Below, piece after piece: positions 50,501 to 63,645 of a stretch of 64,000 nucleotides of DNA (the first letter of the stretch is position 1; each line of letters opens with the position of its first letter). The notes under the pieces are model-generated. The model made no database searches. It was not told where the DNA came from and saw only the letters and a program-made list of their open reading frames with translations. Location of the stretch: positions 744,001 to 808,000 of the forward strand of contig JAYWIR010000035.1 of the NCBI GenBank assembly GCA_036172245.1, given 5' to 3'. The stretch is from Raillietiella orientalis. Lineage: Eukaryota. The position numbers and the translations under genes are program-made.

Positions 50501-53500
50501 GACTTTGCGGAAATCACGGAATCGTGGAAGAAATCTGCAGCAGTTTCCCGCTTCTTCGTATTCTCCCTCGCAAATCTTCTACATGCCCGCATGCAAGAAG
50601 TTTCTATTCGTTCCTCGCTTCCCATTCTAAAAAATCAGCTCTCCATGATCTTTAGGAAAGGTCCCATCGAAATGAACGTGTAGCAGAACCGTGTAATTTG
50701 TGTCTGCACGTACTGATTCCTCTACAGTTTCTGCTTTTGATTTTCATCTCGCTTCATTTAGGTGTCAATGGCCTGTGCAAATACGTATTCATTCTATCCG
50801 CAATTCTGTCTCCATCCTCTGCCGGAGGGTCGGAATCGGAACATACATCATTCGCTTCATGTCTTCTGATCAGTACATCGTATTCTTTCATAAATCAATC
50901 TTCGCTGGATCCGATGCTCTTTGCTTTTCTGGTGAGGCTGTTTAGCAACGGGATAGGAATGCTTGCGAACAAGTAAAAGACTGCTTCCTATTCACCCTGG
51001 CTGTTTCGCAGCGTGATTTATTTCGTGGATCGTAACTTCGATGCTTTCCAAGAAGCATCCGAAAAGGAAATCCTCTGCGTGTTCTTTTGCTCCCTGCAGA
51101 ATAGATGGGACATAATACCGTTCAGGCAGCAGCGTGGACGTCCGGTGCGGCGTGTGTGTGGAAAGGGTTCGGTAACGCCGTCTTCTTATCTATCTCAAGG
51201 AAACTGTTACCGTCCCATCCGTACGGTCTTTTGAAAGTGTCACAATGGCTTATGACGTCGACTCATTGCGGTAACTGCGTCTCGTGAGCGTATGCTTAAT
51301 TTGCGTTTGAAAATGAAGACTTTCCTGCTCAGTCAAAGAATGTTTTTTTTTTTTTTTTTTCTTTTACCTTTTATATGATCTGATTTTCTTCTGCGAAATT
51401 CTTCATCTGTATGTGAAAAGTTCTGTGGTCACAATCATGAAGCTTCAACGATTCGACATCTCTCAACACGGTTGGCCGTTGGCAAGCGATTTCCTTATCT
51501 CAAGACGCTCTCATCTCCTAACACCTACCAACAACTCAGTCGCATCACACGTGCGCGTTTCGAGAATGCTGAGGTGGGTGTTCGTGTTGGGTTTTCTTAA
51601 ATGTTGAAATATCTTTGGTGTTTTCTTCGGCGCCAGCTGGCGTTGTCTTCTGGATTGCGTGCCCTTACACGGGGAAAATATTTCGGAGGTCCGACCTTGC
51701 AGCTGGTTTTCAGTGGTGTCCAGGGAAATCGAAGAATGTACCGAGGCAGATGGAGCGATGGTGTTCCTTTTCTGGCAGGTCGTGCCATGCTTAACTACGA
51801 ATAAAAGATCGCCTTTGCGAGCCATAATATTATTTTCTTTTTGCACGAGAAAATGCCGCATTTCTAAAATATTGTGAAAAAATTTCATCATTAAAGGCTG
51901 CAATCAAGGTGGATGATACGTTTAGTCAGGTGACTTTGACACCTGCGTCCTTTTAATAAGTTTTGGTCCCTGGGTGTGTGGGGAACGCGCGGATGAACCA
52001 GTGAATTCCTACTTGGTTTCCCCAAATCGTACAACGCTAGTTAGATCTGGAGAGAAGGGAACGAACTGGAGACGCTCGATGGATACAGCTGCACCATCTC
52101 CTGGTTTCGCGCGCCTTTCGGAATTCGAAAACTGAGGATTAATGGCGGCAAAAGTCGAAACGAATTTCTTTTCCCTGCTCGGGGTTTTGAGTGGAAATCT
52201 CGAGCAAAGGTACATCCCGTGCGAGCAGGACGAAGACACCCATTTCATCAAACGCATCTGCAGAGGGAAAAAAAAAAAAAATCTTTTCAGCTGATTCTTC
52301 GAGGGGGGGGGGGGGCGTTAAGTGATTGCACGTCGTTCTCTATCCTCGGATGTGACTCCGCATCCTTTCAACTGTAGCTTTTCCCACGACATGTGGTTTT
52401 TGCGTCCGTAAGAAGGCTCGCTAATGTGTATGATTTTTCAACTTGCCGATCTGAATCGCTGACGTTTGCGCGCACTTCATTCCGGGACGCACTTCAAATT
52501 ATGCCTTTGGCATTGCATGCAGTTGCCGATGTGTGTGTGTTTTGTGTTCTCTTGATATAATGAACTGGTCATAAAAATTTCATTTCAGCGACCTGTCCCG
52601 TTCCTTTGACTTGGTGGCGGTGAGTTTAGGAAGCATCCATACGGGATTTTCAGTGCTTCACGTAATGGGAGGAAACGCCCTTCAACTTTCGTTCAGAGAG
52701 ACATTTTCTATGGGATGTTTTCATTTTATTTTATTTTATTTTTTTCGGATTTGGATTCATTAGATCGGTGACTTTAATTAAGCGGCATCTTAATGAAGTG
52801 GCTTTATGTTGAACCAATTACAGTGAAAATAGCAAGTGATTCCTGCTAACGCCAGCTCGTTTTTTATTGCCCGCAGGCCGTATCCTTAGAATTCAATAAG
52901 ACTTTGCTCATGAATTCATGATTTCGTGTTACGGAAGTATGCCGGGAGGGACGGGGGGGAGGGATGCATTTCTTGCCTTCAGCAATGAAATGCATGCACA
53001 AAAATAAAACAGCCTGCAGTATTTTACAAGAGTGTTCGTCATAAAACGAGTTGGTGTTCAGTTGGTGGTGCACAAAGAACGAAGGCTACAAACCGATCTT
53101 CCAACTTGCGATTTGTATGTTGGTTTTCGCATGCACTGGACGTTTGCATCTCCACCCCCCCCCCCCCTTTTTTTTTTGTGCATTCCGTTCGTTTTGAAAA
53201 CGTCCATTACCGTGTTGGGCTTTTGCGGAACGTACGCTCACGAAAACAACTGGTAGCTCCGTTCTGGCCGTGGTCCCGCCTTCCTCACACTGAAGAGTTT
53301 TTTGCCTTTCCGAGACGAGCCGTGCAAGACCTGACGTCGATCTGCCGAAACCACCCCAATTGCTTTCGGCGGTGGGGCGGAACGGGTTTTCGGGTTTCCC
53401 GAAGACGAAAATCCAACTCCAATGGCTTCTGGGTACATCGGAAGCTTTCTCCTCCCGTTTCTACAAAGGTGCTCGGGGGAGTCGGGCGGGCGAGGGGGGG

Positions 53501-56500
53501 GGGGGGGGAAAGTCAGTCCCTTCCATGCTTCAGGAAGGAATTTTATCAGCCTCCTCATCTGAAATTAAAATTTCCAGATGATTTCGGATGGATGAGCGGA
53601 AATTTCACTTCGCAGTTTTCCATCCCTTCTCCCAAACCAGCCGTTCGTTTTCTCCCGGAAGTGAACGGTGTTTTCTTTTTCAATGCGGAAAATGCAAGTC
53701 ACCCATGTGGAAAAGCCAAATGCAGTTCTGCATTATGGAGCTATAGTGATGCGCAACGTCATGTGTGAAACGTCAGGACCGGTCGCACTTAAAGTGTGTC
53801 ATAAGCCGCTTGCGTATTCTATCAAATGCTGTCCAAATGCCAGACATGTTTCGTAAATGTATACGGGATGCGTCCTGTGAATGTACAAGTAATCGTACGC
53901 AATTTCCTGGTTGTACGCAGTCATTTTCCAAGTCGATTTTTTCAAAATAATAAATAAATACTGAAGACTCTTTCGTGCTTCTCATTACTTGCAGAATAGA
54001 TGATTAAACTGCTTTTACGTTTCGGAAGATGATGAAAATCATGGTTTTCTTTTGTGTGTGTGTTCCAGAAGCAGAGAAGAGCATTCTCGAATCTTCCGGA
54101 GAAACCGTTTTTCTTACGGAATGGCCGCTGGAATTGTCCGTATTCAGATTTGCCTTCAGAAATTTTCCACACATATTCCGAAACATATATACGTTCTTTG
54201 AGAACATTTGGACGTCCGATTATCCTCTGATGGCAATGAAAAGTTGGGTTGCGGATCCACGACCTCCAGGCGACCAGTCATCCGGACCGAGTCCGTTGCA
54301 GCTTCCTGGATCGGGCAGAGTCGTCAGCAATGAGGTTTCCTTCTCCACGAGAGCTGAAGACGTCGCAAACTCATTCAACTCGGAGGGGAACGACGTCGAA
54401 GAAGCAGTAACGGCACCCAGGAATGTCCCGGACGCTTTCCGACAGAATACGAGTGACTTCGGAGGAGGAGGCAGAAGCGCTATTTTTGGTACGCCTTAGG
54501 CAACAGGTCGATGGATCGTTGGGGTAGGGAGTGAATGCAAATGCCTTCGGAAACTGTCGCTTGTATAATTTTGGCATTTTTGCTTGTCGACTTTGAAATG
54601 CGACGCACGTGATCTCGCGAGGCTAACGGTCCATTCTTTCAAGCTTTCCTCCATGCATGCCTTTTTTTCCTTCTTTCTTTGTCTGTTTCATTTTTGCAGA
54701 GATGCGCTTCTTCGATTTCCCGAAATGGTTTTCTTCTTTTGGTGTTTCCAGAGTGCGAGTGTGTCTTCCGCTATCCCATTTACTGTTTGTTTGTGGATGT
54801 GCTCCTGTGATTGATCTCGCTAATCGATCGCTGTTTCCATCTTCATCGCACTGAATCCATCGCACATCGAGACCTTACTGCATCCGCAGTACGATTTTGA
54901 AACGTTTCAGCGTCTTTAAGGAGGAGCAGAAACGGCGGTCCGAAGAATTTGAGTTCTGTCTTCAAGAAGAACGGATCGGATTCTGCCCATGCCCCTCAAG
55001 CTACCGACCACACGTATCCATCAGCAAAAGAGGAAAATTTGGGTGAGCAAAAAAAAAAAAAAACCTGCGAGTTTCTCGGGTCCCTCTTCCTCCAGACCCG
55101 TTCCATTCTCCGGTGCTTCTCCTAAACACCGTTCGCGAAATAGTTGCATGCGTCACTTCTTTCTCGTTTCATTGACCCAGTGAATGAGGAGTTTTCCAGC
55201 CATCCGATGTGCGCGTCGCTTGCCGGTCTCATTTTGCCGTTCGAAATTTTCGATCAAAAGAAAGTCACTCTCGACACAGACAAGAAGAGGTCAGCGAGGC
55301 ATTCGTTCCAAAGCTTGGAAAGTTGCGGCATCCATTCACAGCGATGCCTGAATCCCGGGCGTGTCGCCGGCCACAGCTAGAGAGCCGTTTCATCAGCTTT
55401 TCCTGCATTTATTGTCTCTATTAAGTAAGAATCGCCATCATCCCAATTGTATTTGCGTTGCATCGTTATTCATCGCTTGCAATCAGTGTTGCGAAATCTT
55501 TGCTTTCACAAAGAGATGCCATTCGAAACGCCATAACATGAAAAGAGGTACCCGTAAAAGCGTTCTCGATGTTCTTCCGATAAGTGTTCAGACAAAGACA
55601 GTGCTTCTTCTTGTAATGATTCCCCCCCCCCTCTCTCTCTCTCAGATGTTGAAGCGAACTTCGTCCATTTCTTTCTTTTTTTTCTCCTCCTCGGCAGCAA
55701 GAGAGGAAGAATACGGGAGAATGAATGGTTCTCCTAATTATGCGGTCTCTGTCCACCGGGCTCCCCCTCCAGTGCGTAGCTCGTGGACGTCACGCGTCCA
55801 CCTCTAGAGGCGTGTGGCATCCACAAGCTCGAGGAGTGCGCCCTCCATCTGCTTCATCCGGATCAACCTTTTCGCTTTCCTCCTGTACGAGTGAAAGAAA
55901 AATCACGCAATGCTCTCTGCCCGGAGATTCGAGCGTGTGCTGCGTTTGGGGCGACGTTTCGTTAGCCGGAAAGTCTCGGAAGTGGCTACCGAGGAAAGAT
56001 AAGGAGGGCGTGCTTGCTTTCGGATTGCGTTATTCAAGAGTTTACTTAAGACCTTGCGTGCTTTGCTGCCGAGTAGGAATGCAACCCGTGTTGCAATCGA
56101 GGGAAATGGCTTCGCGCCTCGGAGCCATTTTCGCAGTGTGCGCCTGCCTCGGGGATTGGGCACTTTTAATTAGCGAAAGAGAAACGAGCCACCTTGAGAT
56201 CGAGCGGCCGAGATAATTTGAATCACTCACTCCTTCTGCCGAGAGAGCTCGGGGAAGTTTTCCTTTCTTCATGTTCCTTTTTGTGTTTCAAAATGGGTCC
56301 TTTACTTGGGTTGTAAAAGAAAGCGTCGGTATCGATGCTTCCATCTGTGTGGCTGAGAACGAAAATCCCCCCAAGGGAGGAAGACCACCCGATATTTCGG
56401 TCTCGCCGTTGCGCAGCACGGGCAGCTCGCGCACCGCTTGCGGTGGTACAGAGCCCCTTTCGTCGTGTTCCCGAAGACAGTGAGTGATCCGCGAAACATG

Positions 56501-57274
56501 CGTCCATTACTAGAAATTCGGAACGTGCAATCTGAGATATGCACGCTGATGGAAGGCTGCTGTGTACCACTTATCTAGGGATTCTGCAATGACAGACGGA
56601 AACGGTTTGCGACGCACGTGTTCTTCCGTAAGCGTCTTTCAGTCTGCTGTGGTTTCGGGTACCTGAGGTTCTGGATCGGTACCTGAGGCGAGTTCCCGCT
56701 GGCGAGCTCTTTCTGGGGTGCGGGAGCGGACGATCTCGATTGCTCGTCATGGAATGCTTTCCCTTTCGAGAAATTAGGACGGGATCCCTAGGTGGCATCT
56801 GTTCTGAGGGGCGAAACCCTCGAAACTCTCCACCAGAATATGGCGCCGGTTCTGCTGATACAACAAGTCGATCGCAACTCCGGTTTGTTTGCTAATCTTT
56901 TCTGTCATTCTTTTATCGTTAGCGGTACGCGAGCTTCCCCTATTCGTTCCCTTTTTCGTTCCAATGTCGAAAGACGAGGGATGGGAAATTCAGTTTGTCA
57001 ATTTTCAGGAAATTCAGCCGCAATGCCGCTGAAAATGGAGACCGTAATACGTAGCTTCCCGTCCTCCGTATGGGATGTAGACGCGATGATTTGGGGAGCT
57101 GTTGGAGGTCTCTTCCTTGTGCTCTCTATCATCGTCATATTATTTACCATCGCTTTGCTGAAAAATCGTAATCGGAAAGAAATAACTCAAGAAAAGATGT
57201 GGGAGATCCAGGACGACAGCAGTCAGTACGGACCTGAAGAGTTGGATGCTGACGTGGCCTTGCAGTACATCTGA
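47536..57274 (+). CDS. Multi-exon type I membrane protein gene. Exons 47536-47842 (or -47875), 49155-49617 (minus 272-bp insert), 51100-51220, 54069-54488, 54911-55042, 57009-57274
   Basis: Signal peptide MLHSWLFVYLALFVRLFVRSCG; Cys-rich ectodomain; low-complexity stalk; TM helix IWGAVGGLFLVLSIIVILFTIALL followed by KNRNRK; tail ending ALQYI*; AATAAA at 57430. All proposed exons have AG/GT borders and consistent phases (1,0,1,1,1), ~478 aa. Further exons (e.g. ~55697) are possible. Confidence 0.65.
48681..48800 (-). repeat. Internal LINE fragment nearly identical to 45475-45588
   Basis: CCTCGTAGGCAGC(G/A)CAGGGCTGCCAGCGAGGCCGCTGGCCGAAGGGCGTCGCGAACGAAGAGGG...CAAAGCGT present at both loci. Confidence 0.9.
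49322..52152. repeat. 272-bp near-perfect inverted repeat pair (49322-49593 and 51881-52152)
   Basis: Base-by-base reverse complement with two substitutions that I could see; also visible as the near-identical peptides FAAINPQFSNS(K/E)RRAKPGDG..GETK on opposite strands in the ORF track. Confidence 0.97.
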
Positions 57275-58858
57275 TTTCCGGAAATGCAGAGCGAACTCAC
57301 TTGAGGTTGCCAATGGGGTATGAAACAGTGCGAGCATATGCAAGAGACTTTCCCCCATATGATACTCAGAAGATAATTCTTTGTCCTAGAATTATAATTT
57401 TATATATATATATGTAATTTTGTATTCCTAATAAATATTTATGCTTGATCTGAAAGGAAGTTCATTGTTTCTCAGGTTGTCTATAAGCCCATGTATGCAG
57501 TCGAGCACACCACTAGTGCGACAGCGAGAACTGTAAGTGGTTTTAAGGAAACATCCGATTCTGCGGACGTCCTGTGGGAGTGCCAGCATTCGATCCTGTG
57601 CTCGCCTTCCCGAGAATACCAACTCAATTGAAAGCATGACTGTTTTGCTGACCCAAACTTCAGTAAAAGGATGGTGTCAAGCCCTGGAAACCAGCATCCT
57701 GAAAGGACCATGACTTCGGATGCAGTGCTTTCGGCGTTCGGATTGCATGGAAACGATAGTCCCCTTCCTGCGGGATCTTCTGGTTTCGGATTTCGTCTTC
57801 TCGCGGATGAAAAAAAAAAAGAGACAAAGAAGCAGGAACTTTGAACACGCGCACCCTATCAGTCTCATCAGCAAAAAATGTGAATTCAAAAACGTGAAGC
57901 GAGCGTGAGGTAATGACAAGCCTTGTGCAAGCAGTGCTGGAGTGGTTCGGCGAGCCTGCCAAGTGTTGCTGCCCCAGCAAACCCACTCACGTTCCACGAG
58001 AGGGGCCCACGCGGACTTTGGTAATGAGTCCGTGTGCCGCCCGCCACATGACCTGTGTGGGACGAAATGATGGCTCGGACACATGATTTCGCCATCCCTG
58101 CTTTACACGTTCATCAGCAGCAGCGTGTCTCTTGGGCCAGCACTCTTGGGGCATCTCACTTGCTTCGTCCGTGCAGAGGCCTCTTGCCGCCATCTGGTTG
58201 GCATTCTGGAACTGCGAAGCGGTGCGCTGGTGCGTGGGGGGTGCCACCTTTCAGTTCGGCAAACTGGAAAACAGGATCTCTGGCAGAGAGCATTAGTGTC
58301 CCCACCCGTCAGATAACTCCATGGCGATGCTGCGAAGGAAAAAAAAAAAAATCTCTATTTCCTGAACGATTCTCGATTGCATGTTCCCGAGGAACACTCA
58401 TCACCCTCTGAAATTCGCTTGTCAGCAAAAACCTCCAACTTCAGGTTCTTCAAAAGGGAGGATCACTTCAGAGCTTTGGCGGGCGATTAGCAAATAGCTT
58501 GTAGCTTCTTCCCATTCCATAGCCGTCACTCCAACAGTTTCATTTGTGCCCCTACTTGAGAAACAACCCATTTCCCGAATCGCCTTCATTAAGTCTCTTT
58601 TGTCTCGTAACAACTTTATTTCTTCCCCTCTTTCCCTCTCATTCCGAAAAATCGGAATACGGTACTTTCAAGAAAAGATGCTTACACATCCTGGAGCTCC
58701 TTAAGATGCTGTTCAAGGAAGCAGACTCCAGTAAGATATACTGAGACTGCCTAAACACCGAACTTTCAGCGACGACCGGTAGCTTTCAAGCACGAAATGA
58801 ATCACTCCATCACAGCTTTTGGAAGAAAAAGTCACAGTTCCACTTAAGAGCTCTTGAA

Positions 58859-61496
58859 CAGACTTGGGCAGCCTGCGGCCCTCGACACTTTTTTCGAATT
58901 GCAATGAAGCTACACACTATGTACCGGCTGATGTAAACATTTAAAAGTACGCAAGGAACTTCCGGTCATACAAAGGGGTCTGCGATCTCAGAGGGCGTTT
59001 GTTTTAGAGAGGGCTATGAAATGTATAAGAAATGGACTTAAACTCGTTCAGTGACTTTTTCCCCTTTCGGGATTTCAACTATTATGTTTCAAGCTTGGAT
59101 AAATAATGCCTCGCCCATATGCCCAAGATGAGTAGAGGGAAGCAAGAAGTTCGTGCAAGTACCAGCAGTTCTCTTCTGCTCGGGCTTGAGGATTTTCCTT
59201 TAGACGTGGACGTAAATGGGAAAGCTGCCCGCCTAGGTGCTTGGCCTCGAATCTGTCGCAGCTACGAAGACAAAGAAAAACATGCCATTTGAGGAAAACC
59301 ATTTGCAACCACAAAGAGTGCAGAACGTTAAGGGTGAAGCACGGAATGGGAAAGCGAAACCAACTCCGGAACTGTTACTGCAGCTTCAGAATTTCGTTGG
59401 CAACAGCAGTTTATGCAAAGATCTCGGGTTGAAACCCAAGTACCGCGGATGCAAGCCACGCGTATTCTCTGGCACGGAAGGAGTGACTGCTGAAGAGTAC
59501 CCCTTGCGACCGGTGTGGAGATCCCGCACCAGGTTAGCCTGTCCGGAAAAGATGGTTTTCGCAGGACTGCAACCGGAAGACCTGACGAGATGGAAACACA
59601 TCGGACCGACTGTGCGTTTGAGAAGTGCGAAAAGTTTCGTTTTCTTCCTTCTTTCGTATCGCTTGATGAGGATTTCGCAAGTCCAGTCCAAGAATTTCGC
59701 TCTCGACCTGCATTTGAGGAGTGAACGAAGGAATGGACGTTTTCCGTGGATCAACCTCGATTCGAGGTGCTGCCACAGGAAAAGACTCGTTCGTGGTACG
59801 ATTGACATGTAGCTCGTCATACGAAAAAACTCGTGGGATTGGCTCGATAGATAGAAAGCTCGGCCGATGATCGAGAAAAACGCAGCGTCTGCTAAGGGAG
59901 GAATGTAAGTTTGGCGGTCTAAATTTTGTCGGAAGTGTGGTGTTCTGATCGTGCACTGTGCGTCAAGATGCTCGTACTGAACTCCTGATTCAGTAATGTC
60001 TGTGGTACATGAATGTATACATTTCACGAGCCATTGCGGTCTCGACTGTCATCAATTTAAGCAATCTGAATCAGAGACAGAATACGAGCACCTTCTGCGT
60101 GGTCCTCTTGCTAAATGGCTTAGTAAAAAGGAAATCGTTAAAGCGTTTGCGGGAAGTCAACGAAGAGATGAAGCAGTTTGCGGAGGTGATTGGTAGGTAA
60201 TCAGGTATCAGAACCTTTGGCTAGCGTTTCTTGTAGATATTCCCCATTTGGTAGGTTGCCTCAGCAGAATATCAGAATCCACTCGCTCTACTGCTATGTT
60301 GCTGCCTTCCAAACGAGCGTTGGGTTGTGGGAAAGTGAATTTCCCAACAAGGACTTTGTACATTTCTGCACAGTACAATCAATGAATACGGTATGGGATA
60401 TGGCGAGGTACCTGAAAAACTTGGAGAGAATCATTGCAAAACAGGTTTGGAGTGTTCGTGAAAATCGGATGGAATGGCAGTTCCTTTCTCTTCCATTTTC
60501 TTGGTACAAGCGGAGATGGCTCCTTTGGATTGTCAGGTTGAATTTGTTCCTTCACAAACTGGCATTTCATTCAGGACGAAAGTCCGCCCACTTTTACTCA
60601 CGGGATCCTATAAGACCTTATGTTTCCATCGAAAAGTGCTTCTTTGTAAAAGACAGGTCTTTGAAATTCAAGCTCTGTTCGGAGATACACACATCGATGT
60701 GAGCCGTTTTTCGCGAGGGCGACCATGGTACGATGTAAAAGTAGGCGTAGGTTCACGGGAGAAAATCCTCGCAACCAACTCGGCATTTTTGATTCGAGTC
60801 CCGTGCTGCCACAAACAAGCTTCCACGCAAGAGAAGCAAATAGAGAAATCCCGTGAAGATGCATTTCCAATCAGCCACGATAATAAACAATCCATTTATG
60901 AAGATGAAAATCTTGCGTCCATTTTTTTCATCGGCTTCTTTACTGGCGTGTACAATACGGGGAAGCATGATCGATGCCACAAACTATGTACAACGAACTT
61001 CAATGGATTCGTTATTGCTTCACTGAATGTTTTTAAACTGTAAAAAGGGGGAGAAAAGGTGGACTTTTCGTACCCACATAGAAATTGCACTTAACCTACT
61101 TGAGAAAAACGAATGACGAATGACAGAATTTCGGTAATCTGGTCGAGTTGGTGCGACTGAGACAAAACATTCCAAGGTTTGCTTCCGGTCTTTTCGTTTT
61201 CCCTCCATAGTCGTTTGGTTTCACTTCTAGTGAATGTGACTTTAACCTTCGAAGCTTGTTTTTCCTATCGACTTCATTTATTTTCTTTGAAACCCATCCC
61301 TAGCGGCGACAGCCCGAGAGGGATAACTCACCTCATACTCTGGACCAACAAACATGGGACAGCATTAAAAGAAAAAAAACGAATAAAGAGAAAGAATCTC
61401 TCTTGTCTAAAGTCTAAATTTACGAAGCCGGCGTGGGTGGCATGCATCCAACAACAGTCTTGCGGCCCCCCGTCGCACCAAGGCTGCTCACTACTG
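58859..61496 (+). mobile_element. Decayed hAT (Buster/Charlie/SPIN-like) DNA transposon
   Basis: TIRs CAGACTTGGGCAGCCT and (reverse complement) CAGTAGTGAGCAGCCT (12/16), each with subterminal TGCGGCCC. The right flank TAATACAA fits nnnTAnnn; the left flank does not match it. Confidence 0.8.
59070..60900 (+). pseudogene. hAT transposase remnant
   Basis: FVSLDED (LDEST), LIVHCASR (HCxxH), VMSVVHECIHF..CHQFKQ..EYEHLL..KWLSKKEIVKAF..EEMKQF (HRQF..EY..RWLSRG..RF..L.EEI..F), LFGDTH..SRFS (FGSTY.CEQ.FS). Confidence 0.85.
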
Positions 61497-62786
61497 TAAT
61501 ACAATACAATACAGATATGCACAATATTTTTATAATTTCGAGGGTATTGGAAGGGTTTTTACGGACCCGGGATCAGTGGGTAGGGGAATGACGCTATTCA
61601 AAATGCAAATTTTAACTCTTTCTAGCGCTGTTATGCGAGAAATACAAAAAGTGTCGGAATGGCGGTTGAGCAAATCAGTGGGTCGCATACTTCTTCATTC
61701 AATTCATTCAGCTATGGGTGAGTAAACCTTATCGATGTGGATCTACCCGTTTCGTGATAAGCCACATTTTCTTACTGCAGGTCAATTAAAGTTGCCTGTA
61801 TTTTTAATCGTTCGAGTGAACTGATTGATTTTAACGGAAGTGTGCGAATTTCGCGGGTACGAATGTGATCTGTCTGAATAGCTTTTTCTGTTCACAGCCC
61901 AGTCACACCGGGGCGTTTACTGTGAAATTCTTTTACGTATGGACAGTCATCACACTTTAAAAATAATTCATCCATTCGCGGTGGAACTACAACTCCCACT
62001 ACATCCGCCCGATTGCTGGAGACGTCTCCTCTAGCAAGCAGTCCCCCCAGTGGGGTCCACTCAGGGAAAGGTGGAAAGGGAGGAAAAAATAACGTACATA
62101 CACAAAAACGGGGTCATCCTTTTAAGCGGGAAGAATGCGGGAAGTGATCGCAGCATGATCCCCTGAGTCCTCTGCATCCTATGGAGGATGCTAGAAAGTC
62201 ACTCCTTGTAGCACCACAGCTATGATCACCTTGTGATCCTGGTGTAAGAATACTCGATGAGAGTGACAGTTGGCCTCTCCTATCCTGTGCTTCCAAGCCG
62301 CCACGATTGCGCGTAGGCAGAAGAAGGTTGAGACTGCCGTAGCAGGCGTCCTGACTCTTAAAGAGACGCTGCAAAACGTCTCTCTCGTTGTCCAGCGGGT
62401 GCTGCAGGACCGTGACGAAACATACCCAAATACGCCGGAAGGCTCTAACAGGAAGGACTCGACTTCACCGCTCCGGGCACAATGCGGGTTCACGCTTCCC
62501 CCTGTCCAGGAGTACAAAAGAGTGGCTTTTTGTTTGCCCTCCTCCCAGAGCTATCAAAAAGCAGACCGAGGAAGTCCTCTGAGGAAAGCCCTGTGGGGCA
62601 AAGGAGGATGCTGTGTCCGACCTGAAGACTTGCTGGCACTGATCTGACGCTGGAGCAAATGGAGCGGCAGTTCCAATTCAGAAGACTGGCCCAGGTGGCC
62701 AATGTGTGGTATTGGACTACACACTGGTGTACACTTCCTTGTTGTGCGTGTGGCCGGTTGCGAAAGACTGTCCTACTCCGGCGGCT

Positions 62787-63645
62787 CGCGTCGGAGGCCT
62801 TGTGCTTAAGGCTTCCGCGTGTGGCACCATGCGTCGCGGGTTCGAATACTTGGGCAGAAACTCTGACGCCACTGCGTCGTCGGATTCCGAGTTTCTCCTG
62901 CAATGGCGCTGGTTGGCCGAGACATTCGGGCGTGGCACCGGCGGCGGATTAAGCCGGAGGCCCCCGATGAAGGCCGGAACAATGGGAAATTGACCTTCGG
63001 GTCTTCCCAGGAATAAAGGAGTGGGGAGTTCCCCCTCCGGTCGTACAACGGAGAGCGGACCCCCCCCACCGGGGACCCCTCCGGTTTCAAGATGGAGCAG
63101 GAGCCCTCACGGGCATCCCTCCAGTTGTTCAAAGGAGCGGACCCTCCCCGTTGCGGGGGGGACCCTCCGAGTCGTCGCCTCTTCACGGAGTGCAAGGAAG
63201 CTGCAGGACGCCCTGCAGCCAGCTGCAGCCCTTGCAGCACTTTGCTGCATCCGAGGCATCGTGGTGGCATGGAGTGATGCCCAGGACGAAGAAGTTGATG
63301 CCAACGAGATGGAAGTCATCCCGTATGCAGTTCGCTTCATGCAGAGCTGCCGGAAGGCCCCAACTGGGACAGATGCAGATGTACCTCGAGGGCATCCTGC
63401 GAAGGATGGGCCCTCCTCCCAGTGGGCAGTGATCCCTTCCCGGCCCTCCAAACTCTTTTTGTTTTTTTCTTATTTTTATTTTTTTCTCCCCCATCCCATT
63501 CCACTGCCGAGGAGAGTCCCACCGGGCTGCATCCCGGCGTCCCGACAGGTCCGGTGTTGCGTGGCCGTTAGTGGTGCCTTGTACGACGTTTTGTGTTGAC
63601 CATGAACGAGTTTTAAATAAACGTCCCGGCGTATCCGTGTGGCAT
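62787..63645 (+). mobile_element. Chimeric retroposon: tRNA-SINE 5' half fused to LINE 3' end, bounded by an 11-bp TSD
   Basis: CTCCGGCGGCT at 62776-62786 and 63646-63656. 62788-~63205 matches the SINE at 20447 (minus); the remainder encodes AAALAALCCIRGIVVAWS (LINE C-terminus), a T-rich UTR and AATAAACGTCCCGGCGTATCCG. Confidence 0.9.

Noticed and set aside
49322..52152. 2.8-kb TIR transposon
   Set aside because: No convincing TSD, no transposase inside, and removing only the left arm restores an exon.
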